From Mobula birostris (taxonomy: Eukaryota), in the NCBI RefSeq assembly GCF_030028105.1, contig NC_092370.1, positions 114,354,443 through 114,418,442 of the forward strand: a DNA stretch of 64,000 bases. Direction: 5' to 3'. Positions within the stretch are counted from its first letter, which is position 1; each line of letters opens with the position of its first letter. A program made the translations under genes and the position numbers. Below are positions 10,351-22,080 of this stretch, one piece after another. The notes below the pieces were generated by a model. That model was not told the DNA's origin and did not search any database. It worked only from the letters and a program-made list of their open reading frames with translations.

Positions 10351-12245
10351 ATAACAGATTCATCTGTAGATGGATGCACGGTTTGGGGGTCATGTATTAG
10401 CATGGATAGAGGACAGCAACTGTAGAGGTTACTGGTGTGGCCACATCTGGAGTACTGCCAATATTTCGGATCTCGTACTTGAGAAAAAAAAATACTAGGT
10501 TTGTGGGTGATACAGAAGCGAGTTACTCGGTTAATTCTGAAGATGGCCTGGTGGGGAAGGGGAAGTGGTTGGTTTATGAGAAGAGATAGAGTCGGCTGAC
10601 ACTACTGAGGCGAATCTGCGCAATTCTCTAGCTAGGAAGGGAGTAGGTGCTACCTGATTAAATACAGTTAATACATAGACAGAGTTTTGATTAGTCGAGG
10701 AATTGAGGTTAGAAAAGACAGATAGGTGGAGCTGGGTCATTGTTTCATGGAATGGTGCATCAGGATTGATGGGTCAGATGGCCTACTCCTTCTCCCATTT
10801 CTGAAACTCTTACGTTCTTATTTACTAGATGACCGTTCGTAACTTCTCTTTTCTCCTTCTTCTTCTCCATTGAATGTCAATAAAATGCACAACCTTAAAA
10901 TGGTCACTATTGGTGGAGAGATAGCAGTGTTGAATTCTGATGTTTTTGATCCAAGGCTCTTTCAGAAGTCAGGAACAAAATATAAAACGAGTGGCTGCAT
11001 GATTCTTGCAATGGGCTCCAGGAGAATAAAGGAATTGGAAAAGGAGAGTAGTAAAAGTCTAATAACCATGAAGAAAGAGAAGGGGAAGAAGATGGCGACT
11101 AAACAAGCTTCCAAAATAATACAAGATAACTGTAACCACTAGGGGACACACTGAACAATTACATACTCAGGTAATTATAGAAAACACTAGCGGGCTTAAA
11201 ATAGTTAAACTGCAAAGAAATACCAATTACACAGTCTAATCCAACATCAGGAACTGGGAAGTTCTGCTTGCAATGAAAAACCAATACGCTTGTCATTGAA
11301 GATAAAGAGAAGGAAAGCAGTCAACATGCTGGAAGAACTCAGCAGGTCAGGCAACATCTCTGGAAATGAAAGACAGTACGCATTTTAAGCTGAGATATGT
11401 GGCTTCCCTGCCCCCACCATCAACTCTGCACTCATCCACATCTGCTCAATTTCCTTAACGGCCGTGCTCACCAGGTCTTCCCGTTGCCTAAACAGTGATA
11501 GTGTTCCTCTTGTTCTTACCTACCACCGGATAGGCCTCCGTATCCAACACATTACTCTCTACAACTTCTGCTACCTCCAAAGGAATCCACCACTTAACAT
11601 GCCTTTACCTCTCCTGCACCCTCCCCGCAGCACTTTCCGCTTTCCACAGCAATCTTTCCTTTTGTGGTTCCCTTGTCGATTCGTCCCTCCCTGCAAGCAG
11701 CCAAAGTATTGCACCTGCCCATTCACCTTTTAGCTTACCTGTATTGAATCCATAAGTCATAACATATAGAACAAAAATTAGCCCACTTAGCCCTTCGAGT
11801 CTGCTCCATCTCCCCCTCATCCCTATCTCCTGCTTTCTCCACGAAACCCTTCATGCCTTAACTAATCAAGAATCTATCAACCTCAGCACAATGACTCGGA
11901 TTCCACAGACACATATGCTGTTAATGTCTTCCATAATAAAGACCGGTGGAAAATACTTTATAGATTCACCTTCCAATTCTTTGCATCCCATTACTACCTC
12001 TCTAGCATAAATTTCCAGCGGTCGATCATGTAATCCCGACTCTCATTTACCCTTTACTTATCTGATGAAACTTTAAGTATCCTCTTTAATATTATTGGTT
12101 AGCGTATCTTCGTATTCCATCTTTATGAATTATTTAGTTGCTATCTGTTAGATTTTAAAAACTTCTGAATCACCAAACTTCCCACAAATCTTTGCTCTAT
12201 TATATGCCCTCTCATTTGCTCTTATATTCCTTCTCTCTAGCTTTC

Positions 12246-12515
12246 ATAAAAGTTGCTGGTGAACGCAGCAGGCCAGGCAGCATCTCTAGGAAGAGGTGCA
12301 GTCGACGTTTCAGGCCGAGACCCTTCGTCAGGACTAACTGAAGGAAGAGTGAGTAAGCGATTTGAAAGTTGGAGGGGAAGGGGGAGATCCAACTTTCAAA
12401 TCCCTTACTCACTCTTCCTTCAGTTAGTCCTGACGAAGGGTCTCGGCCTGAAACGTCGACTGCACCTCTTTCTAGAGATGCTACCCGGCCTGCTGCGTTC
12501 ACCAGCAACTTTTAT
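12246..12515. repeat. Near-perfect palindrome (128-bp arms, 14-nt spacer) of a Penelope-associated terminal repeat
   Basis: 12246-12373 is the reverse complement of 12388-12515 with about 4 mismatches. Confidence 0.9.
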
Positions 12516-13299
12516 GTGTGTTGCTTGAATTTCCAGTATCTGCAGAATTCCTGTTGTTTGCCTTTAGCTTTCATGTTGGCTTTGACTTATTTTGTCAGCC
12601 ACAGTTGTGTCATCTTGCCGTTGGAATACGTATCCTTCTTACCCTGCGCCTTCCGAAATGCTCTCAGAAATTCCAGTCGTTGCTGCTCTTCCATCATCCC
12701 TGCCTGTGTCCCCTTCCAATCTCTTGGTCATCTTGGTCAGCTTCTCTCTCGAGCCTCTGTAATTCCCTTTACTCCAATGTAATTCTGATACGTCTGACTT
12801 TAGGTTCTCCCACTCAAATTGTAGAATGAAGTCTATCAAATTATGACCGCTGTCACCTAAGAGTTCCTTTACCCTAAGCTCGCTAATCAATAACGGATCC
12901 TAGCACAATGCCCAATATAGAATAGCCGATGTCCTCGTGGGCTCAACCACGAGCTGCCCTATAAAGCCATCTCGTGGACATTCTGATAATGCCCCCTCTT
13001 GAGATCCAGCATCAACTTGATTTTCTCAATCACCAACAGATTGAAATTCCCTATGACTATAGTGATATTCCCTTTCTGACATGCCTTTTCTGTCTCCTTT
13101 TGTAATTGATAGCCCATATCTTTGCTACAGTTCCGATGACAGCTTATAACTCCCATCATATAACTCCATTGTAGTATCTTATCTTTACCTATACGGATTC
13201 TACATCTTCTTGGTTAGTCGATTTCGGGTTTTACGAAAGAGCCACCCAACCTTATGTATATCCACCTGCCTGTCTTTTCGATGAACTGTGTAAAGTCCT

Positions 13300-13430
13300 C
13301 GATTCGGTCCTTACAGATGAGACAACAATTCACCTGCGAATCTGCTGGGGTCACCTATTGTGTCCAGTGCCCCCGATGCGGCCTCCTATATATTGATGAG
13401 ACCCGTCGTAAATTGGGGGCGCTTTGTCTA
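13300..13430 (+). mobile_element. Penelope-like GIY-YIG endonuclease fragment (paralogous copy about 22090-22230)
   Basis: QMRQQFTCESAGVTYCVQCPRCGLLYIDETRRKLG matches the GIY-YIG motif layout of Penelope elements. Confidence 0.8.
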
Positions 13431-14094
13431 CAACCTATTCTTAGCCTCATCACGAGGCGATTTACATCGGCCAATTCTCCTACCAACAGTAGATGTTTGG
13501 AATGTGGGAAGAAAGCGGAGCACCCGGAGAGCGTACAAACTGCTTACAGGCAGTGGCGGGAATTGAACGCGGACCACCCGTACTGTAAAGCGTTGTACTA
13601 ACTACTACGCTACCCCGCCGCTCCCTGCCTATCCACGGTGTCATAGAATGAACTTGGTCTCGCCCTGGGACTGTATCCACCTTGATGCATTTTAACACCG
13701 TCAGCACCTTCCCTTTTGTAATGTCGATATAGTTCAAGTTCACCATATCCTCTACCGTGAATTTCGTAGCTTTCCTGGTGTTTCCTACGGTAATTGCCGA
13801 TAAGAAATATTCATTTAAGATGCCGCCCTACCTCATGTGATTCCCAGTCGTTCTGGTTACCTTTTCACTTTTGATATTCTTATAGAACATCTTCGGATTC
13901 CCCTTTGCCTTATCTGCCAAAAGTATCTGATGAGGTTGTCCTCCTTATTTTCCTCTTAAGTGTACTCTTATACCTTTTATATGCCTCAGATGATTCACTT
14001 GATCCCAACTGACAATACTTGACATATATTCTCCTTTTTCCCTGAAGATACCCTCAATATCCCTCATCAGTTGGGGTTCCATAATCTTCAAACA

Positions 14095-14278
14095 CGAGGA
14101 AATCTGCAGATGCTGGAATTTCTAGCAACACACATAAAAGTTGCTGGTAAACGCAGCAGGCCAGGCAGCATCTCTAGGAATAGGTACAGTCGACGTTTCG
14201 GCCCGAAACGGGACTGTACCTCTTCCTGGAGATGCTGCCTGGCCTGCTGCGTTCACCAACAACTTCTATCTGTGTTGT
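14095..14278. repeat. Second fold-back palindrome of the same terminal-repeat family
   Basis: Arms about 14131-14191 and 14212-14278 around a CGTTTCGG-C-CCGAAACG centre. Confidence 0.85.
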
Positions 14279-17200
14279 TCCATAATCCTGCCAGCATTGG
14301 CCTTCAATCTGACATGCTACACTTAAATGAGGTAAGCTCTTGATTGCTAAGGGTATCAAAGGTTACGGGGAGAAATCAGGAGAATGGCATTGAGAGGGGG
14401 TAAAAATCAACGATGATGGAATGGGTGACAGACTCGTTGGGCCAAATCCCTTAATTCTGCTCCTATGTCTTATGGTCTTATGCTGTCTCTGAACACTGCC
14501 TATCACACTTTCGGGCGCCTGCCACTCCCCTTACCTGCAAACAGCTTCTCCCAATCAGCTTTTGCAGAATCACGTCTAATGCCTTCAAAGTTAGCCTTTC
14601 ACCAATCTAGGACTTTAACCTGATGGCCAGTCACTTGCTCCGCCGAATTTTTCAACAACAGATCAAGCGTTTCCTCTCTTTTCAATTTATTTTTTAAGAT
14701 TCAGCACGAAACAGGCCCTTCTGGCACTTCGTGCAATCCCCGATTTAATCCTGTGCTAATCACGGGACAGTGTACAATGACCAAGTATTTTACCAGCCGG
14801 TACGACTTTAAAATTTGAGAGGGAACCGGAGCAACCAGAAGAACGGAGGGAAAATACAAACTACTTACAGGCGGCGGCGGGAATTAGCCCAGTGCTCAGC
14901 ACTACGATAGCATGCCGCCCCACTCTTTGGTGAGACAATCTATATTATTTGAGAAATTTTGGGAGCAGTAGACAGTGAGTTTGAGAGGCGCTATCAGAAA
15001 TTCCCTTGCATTTATAGCCTGGATGTGTTACAAATATTCAGTGTAGCTGGTAACAAGAATGAATCTTCAGGACAGTTGGTTGCTGTTAATGAAAGGGGTT
15101 GCTTTGTTTTGCATTGCGTTGAGCGTCTTTAATGGTCTTTGAGACAAGCTCGTACACCTAAATAGAAAGTACGTCTTAACACCCCCAATTTGTTTCACAG
15201 AAAATGGAGAGGCTTTGAAATATCAGAGAATGTGTTGCTTGCCCCAGAATAACCAACCACATTTAAAGTTCAAAGTTGAATTTGTTATCAGATTGCATAC
15301 ATATCACCATATACAGCCTTGAGATTCTTTTTCTGCGGGTATACGTGTTGGGTGGATGGTCCAGCTGTGTTTATGGTCATTGAATATCAAAGGTAGTTAA
15401 CTGGAAACAGTTGCTGAAGATTGACAATGCCTGGACACTTGTGACAAGGTGCAAAGTCCATTAAATGCACAGATCTAGGAAAAGATAACTTGAAACCGCC
15501 CGTTGTTCTGCGATCCTTGAAGTGAAGCCCACTTAATCCGCATTGACTTGAGTTTTTCTGAGGCTCCTGTGAGCTACAGTAAACCAAATATTGTCCTGTA
15601 ATCAAAAGCAGTCACTCTCACCTCATCTCTAGAGAACAGTTCTTCGGTCCCTGTTTTGTGTTGTAAATAGCCAGATCGGATTTGTCCGGCTTTATATGAA
15701 CAGGACAACACTAGGCAATTTTACTTGTTTACTTACCGATTCAGTGCAGATTAGGCCCTTCCGGATCTTCCAGTCTCGCCGCCACAGCGAGCCCTGACAA
15801 CCTCGATGAACCCTAATCTAATCACAGGACAATTTACGATGATCAGTTAACCTACTTGGTATGTCTTTGGATAGTGAGAGGAAACCGGAGCACCCGAGGA
15901 AAACCTATCTATTCCATCAGAGGACCTACAGAGACTCCTTACGGACTGCAGCAGACAGAATTCTAAATTCCCACACCCTGAGTTGTAACAGCGTCGGTCT
16001 CAAGGCACGTAATTTTCCTCCTAATGGGTCGATACTGTAACTGAATGAAAGCAGCTCACCTAAAGGCATAACAGGTTCTTCACCGCAGGTGTTCATAACT
16101 GCAGTCGGGAATGGAGGCTGAATGGAGTGCGGAGGATGCAGGAGCCTGTATATGAACATGGTGGAGGAGAGGAATGGAGAAGACTGTATATGAACATGTT
16201 GGGAGGGGAGGAATGGAGCTTGGTTGCTGTGGTTGATTTATAGCTTCTTGTGTTCTGCCGAGCATTGTGGGCATGCTATGTTGGCACCGAATTGTAGGGT
16301 AACATTTGCGGGCTGCGCACAGTCGTAAACTGTCGCAATATCTATCCCATTTTATAAGTCTCAATATGGTCACTCCTCATTTTCCCAAACTCTAAGAAAT
16401 ACAGACCCAAAATCTCTTCCCACGAATTAGCCCGGTGAAACCCCTCTGGATCTACTTCAATGCTACTATATCCCTTTACGGGTAGGAGAGCAAAAATCGT
16501 GCACAGTATTTCAGGTATGGCCCTGGACAACTGCAAGAAAGCCTCTCTTCCAAAACTTAATTTGTTTTCTTGACTATCTGGTAACATTCTGCAATACGAC
16601 TGTTGCATAACATTTTACTATATATGCACATGAATATCTCAGTCCCTCTGCACTTCACTCATTTGCAGTACTGCATCTTTCTATTTAGACAATAATCTCT
16701 CTTTTGATTACTCTTAATAAAGCCCATGACCTAATCCTCTACACATTTCATTTCTCAGATTTTTGCCCCATCACTCGATGCATCTCTATACTTCGCAGAA
16801 TTGTAATACACTCAACACAACATGTCCTTCCGTCTATTCTCCACACCCTAGTCTTGGAAGATCTTTGCTGAATAACACCTCCCTATTTGTGTCTGAACTG
16901 CAACATGCACATTATAATATCCAGCAGCAAGAGAGCTAACGACTAATAAATTTTTTCAGACCTATTCCGAGTATTCTCCCAAAGTCAATCCCTATTTTTA
17001 TGCAATATTCGAGGGGAAATTACTCGGGTACTGAGTACTTCCTAACAACCATATGATGATTTAGTACCATATAGGCATATGATTATTTTGGTAGGTATTA
17101 TTTAGGTTTTGCTTTTAGTCTAATCATGTCTGTAGTGACGCATCCTTGAATATTTCTACCATTTGAACAATCACTGTTTCTACTGGAGGCAGCAGTCAAA

Positions 17201-19289
17201 TTCAGATTGATTTATTTTTCACATCTGCAACACAAAATATCGGGAAACCTGTTGTTCGCATTAACCATCAGCAGTTGTGCTGGGGGCAGTCCGCATGCCC
17301 ACCGAGTTCCGTAGACCACAAGCAACAGCGGCAACACCATTGACAGCTGCTTTCAATTTAATCTCTTCCAGCTAATGGTACCGGGCCTGTGTAGCTTGGA
17401 TCATGCCAGTGAGTTACGTGGCCACAGTAAATTACCCCTCAGTGTGTACGAATGCCGAAGGATTCCAAGGATTGATGGGCATGAGAGAGAGAATAAGTTA
17501 TAGGCTTAAGGGACATGAGGAAAGGGAATGGGACTGATGATGTTGTTCCGCTGGGAGCCGGCATGGATCAATGGTGTGAAAAGCCTCTTCCTGTGCTGTT
17601 AGACTTTCTTACCGATTACAGCATTATAGGCCATTCAGTCTGACAAGCCATGCTGATTGAGCAGTTTCTCCCTTTCTGCCATCCACAGTCTCACTCATTA
17701 TTTTCTTTCGCCCATTCAGTTCCCTTTTAAAAGAGCAAAGAATCCATAAATACGACAAATATAAAACCAGGAAATCCCTTTGGAAAGAATTGACTAACTC
17801 TCAACAACAAGTGGACAGGATAGCAAAATGCATATAATATACTTGCATTTATTGGTTAAAGCATTGAGTATGAAAGTTGGAAGTCATGTTGTATTAAAAT
17901 TTGTATTAAAGTTTGGTTAGGCCAGGTTCCGTGTATCACTTGCAGTTTTAGTCAGCGCAATACTGGAAGGGTCTGGAGTACTGCGTACAATTCTAATCTC
18001 GCCGCTTGAGAAAATATAGACTAGCTTTGTAGGAGATACAGAGGCGGGTTAACAGGTTGATTCCGAAGATAAGAAGGTTAGCCTTTGAGAAGAAATGGTC
18101 ACCTGGCACTGTGGTGAATCTGTGGAATTTTCTGCCTCGGGAGGCAGTATTCGTAAAATACAGTTAATACATAGATAGGGTTCTGATTAACAGGGAATTT
18201 AATGGTTTTGGGGAAAAAGCAGGAGGGGGAGCATAGTCCACGACCAGATCAGCCATGATTTTATCGAATTGTGCAACGGGTTTGATGGATCAGAAGGAGT
18301 ACTGCTACTCCCATTTCTTACGTTCTTACATTCTGATTTATAAGATCGCTCTTCCTGACTTCTCTTTCTTTTTAACTTCTCCTTCATTGAATGTTAATAA
18401 AATACACAGCCTTAAAATGGTCACCATTGGTGGAGAGACAGCAGTGTTGGATTCTGATGTTTTTGATCCAAAGTTGTTTCAGAAGTTAAGAACGAGGTGT
18501 GAAGCGTGTGGTTCCATCATTGTTGCAATAAGCTCCAGGAGAACCAAACAATTGGAAATGGAAGTAGCAAAAATCTAAAAACAACGAATAAAGAGAAGGG
18601 AAAGAAGGTGGTGAGCCATCATCCCTTCAAAATAATACAAAGAGCTGTAACCACTAGGGGACACAATGAACAATGACGTATATATATATATAGGTATTTA
18701 CAGAAAATTCTGGCAGGCATAATAAAGTTAAACTGCAAACAAATAACAATTACACAGTCTAAACCAATTCCAGGAACTGGGAAGCCCCGATTTAAATCAA
18801 AATCAATATGCTGCTCAGAGTAAATAAACAGAAGCAACACGCACAAAATGCTGGAGGAACTCAGCAAGTCAGGCAGCATCTCTGGAAATGAATAAGCAAT
18901 GGATGTTTTGGGCTGAGAAAGGAGGTTTCTCTTCCTCCACCATTCATGCTACTCTGAACCGCGTCTCCTCAATTTCCCTAACAGGCGTGCTCACCCCGTT
19001 TTTCCGTCGCTTAAACAGTGATACTGTTCCTCTTGTTCTTACATATCAACCCGTGAGCCTCCACATCCAACACGTCATTCTCCATAACCTTCGATATCTC
19101 TAAAAGGATCCACTACCAAACATATCTTTATCTTCCACCCCCCCGCCCCCGCCCCCAACTCTCTCCGTTTTCCGCATCAATAGCCTCCTTCTTTCCTTTG
19201 CCAATTCGTCCCTCCCAACTAATCTCCCTCCCTGCATTTGTCCCTGCAAGCGAATGCACCTGCCCATTCACCTCCTCCCTCACCTCCAT

Positions 19290-22080
19290 TCAGTCCATAA
19301 GCCCATAACACAGAGGAGAAGAATTAGGCTATTTGGCCCATCGAGTCTGCTCCGACATTTCATCATGGCTGATCCATTTCCCTCTCAGCCTCAGTCTCTT
19401 GCCTTCACCCCGAAACGCTTCAAACCCTGACTAATGAAGAATCTATCAACATCTGCCTTAAATATACACAATGAATTGCACTCCATAGCCACCTCTGGGA
19501 ATGAATTCCACAGATTCATCATTCTCTGGCCTAATAAATTCTTTCTCATCTCCATTCTAAATGGACTGCCTTCCATTCTAAGGCTGTACCCTCTGGTCCT
19601 AGATTCACTTGTCATAGGAAAAAACATCTCCACATCCACTCTATCCATGCCACTCAATATTTGATAGGTTTCACTGAGATCCGCCCTCATTTTGCCAATT
19701 CCAGAGAACACAGGCCCATAGCCATCAATCAGTCCTTACAATACAAGAATCATCCTCGTGAACCTCCTCTGAACCCACTCCAATGTCAACATATCTTTCT
19801 TACATAAGGGGTCCAAAACTGTTCATAATACTCCAATTGAGGCCTTATCACTGCCTTATAAAGTTTCAAAATTACATTCTTGTTTTTATGTTCTCGCCCC
19901 CTTGAAACGAATGCTAACATTTCATTTGTCTTCCTCGCCACTGACTCAACTTGCAAGTTAACACTTAGGGAATACTGCACGAGGACACAAATCCCCTTGC
20001 TCTCGGATTTTTGAATTTTTGGCCGTGTAGAAATATAGTCCAAGCTTTTATTTTATTTACCAAAGTGCATGACTGGCCTTTTCCCGCTTCCTCAATACCA
20101 CCTGTCCCTATCTATCTTCATAACGTTCCACAAATCTGGCCACCATGCCATCAGTTCCGTCATGTAAATCAATGACATACAACGTAAAAAGAAGTGGCCG
20201 CAATACAGACCCTTGTGGAACATCACTAGCCACTTTAGTATCTTTCCAGTAACATCATCGGCTTTGAACGTGTCAAGCAACAATTTGAAAAAGGCCATCT
20301 GAAAATCCAAGTACACAACATCCATCAATTCTCCTTTGTCTATCCTCTTGCAATTTATTCAATTAATTCCAACAACTTTATCAGGCAAATTCTTCTTTAA
20401 GGAAACCACCGCGACTTCAGCCTATTTATTATTTGCCTCCAAGTACCCTAAAGGGGGGCGGGGAACATCGACTCGGACCTTGAGAGGCCTGCGTCGGGAA
20501 CTTCCATGCCTTACAGGGCGCAGATCGGAAGTCTGTGTGGGGCGCCACTGCTCTCACAGACGCTAGAGCAATGTGTGGTTAAGTGCCTTGCTCAAGGGCA
20601 CAAACACGCTGCCACAGCTGACGCTCGAACGAGCGACCTTCAGATCACTAGACGAACGCCTTTACCACTTGGCCACATGCTCGGTGCAAGCACATCCTTA
20701 ACAATTGACTCCAAAAACTTCCCAAACACTGAGGTCAGACTAGCTGGCCTATAAGTTCCTTTCATCGGCTTCTCTCACTTCCTAAATTGTGGAGAGACAT
20801 TTGCGAATTTTCAGTCCTTCAGAACCAGGTCAGAATCTATTGTTTCTAGAAAGGTCATTACGAATGCCACCACAATGACTTCAGCCAAGTGGTTCAGAAC
20901 TGTTGGGTGTAGACCATCTGGTCCAGGTGATATATCTTTCTTCAGACCTTTCACCTAAGCACCTTCTCCCTAGTAATGGCAAATGCATTCACTTCTGCCC
21001 CATGGCAACCTTGAACTTCCAGCAGACTGCTAGTGTATTTCACAGTGAAGACTACTGAAAAATCCTTATTCGATTCACCGCCATTTCCCTGTACCCGATT
21101 ACTACCTCTCTAACATAATTTTCCAGCAGTCCAATATCTATTTCCGCCTCTCGCTTACTCTTTATATATCTGAAGAAACTTTTGGTATTCTCTTTAATAT
21201 CGTTGGCGAGCTTACCTTCGTATTCAATCTCTTCCCTCTTCCTGAGTTTTTAGTTGCTTTCTGATTGGTTTTAAAAGCATCCCAACCCTTTAACTTCCTA
21301 CAAATATTTGCTCTTTCTATACCCACTCTCAGGCATTCATGTTGGCTTTGACCTCCATTGTCAGTCACGGTTGTGTCATCTTGCCTTTAAAATACTTATT
21401 CTTCTTTGGGATGTATTTATCCTGCGCCTTCTGAATTGCTCTAAGAAATTCCATCCGTTGCTGCTCTGACGTCATCCCTGCTAGTGTCCTCTTCCAATGA
21501 ACTTTGGCAAGCTTCTCTCTCATGCGTCTGTAATTCCCTTTTCTCCAATGTAAATGATACATCTGATTTTAACTTCTCCCAGTCAAATTGTACGATGGAG
21601 TCTATCATATAATGACCACTCTCTGCTAAGGGTTCCTTTACCTTAAGCTTTCCAACCAATTTCTGTTCATTTCACAACACTCAACCCAGAATATCTGATC
21701 CTCTAGTGGGCTCAACTATAAGCTGCCCGAAAAAGCCAGCTTGTGGGCATTCTACAAATGTCCTATCTTGGGATCCAGCATCAAGCTGATATTCCCAATA
21801 TACCTATTGAAATCCCTCATGTCTATCGTGACATTGCCTTTTTGACACGCCTTTTCCATCTCCTTTTGCAATTTGTAGCCCACATTGTTGCTACAGTTCA
21901 GATGCCTCTACATAATTCCCGTCTGGGTCTTTTTACTCTTGCAGTTTCTTAGCTCTACCCACAAGGATTCCACATCTTACAATCCTATGTCACCTCTTCC
22001 TAATGATTCGATTTCAGTTTTTACTAAAGAGACCCCTCCCCCACCCTCTCTGCCTACCTGCCTGTCCTTTCGATAAAAAT
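19290..22080 (-). mobile_element. Degraded CR1 LINE (paralogous to 62640-64000 and partly to 11760-13200)
   Basis: RT C-terminal fragments SRTRGYSLRMEGSPFRMEMRKN, DVVYLDFQMAF and an endonuclease/linker fragment ESGHYMIDS. Confidence 0.85.
20450..20682 (-). mobile_element. tRNA-derived SINE with a CORE-like domain, inserted in the CR1
   Basis: Minus strand has A box TGGCCAAGTGG, B box GTTCGAGC and CORE-like GTGCCCTTGAGCAAGGCACTTAACC. It is absent from the paralogous CR1 near 63910. Confidence 0.75.
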
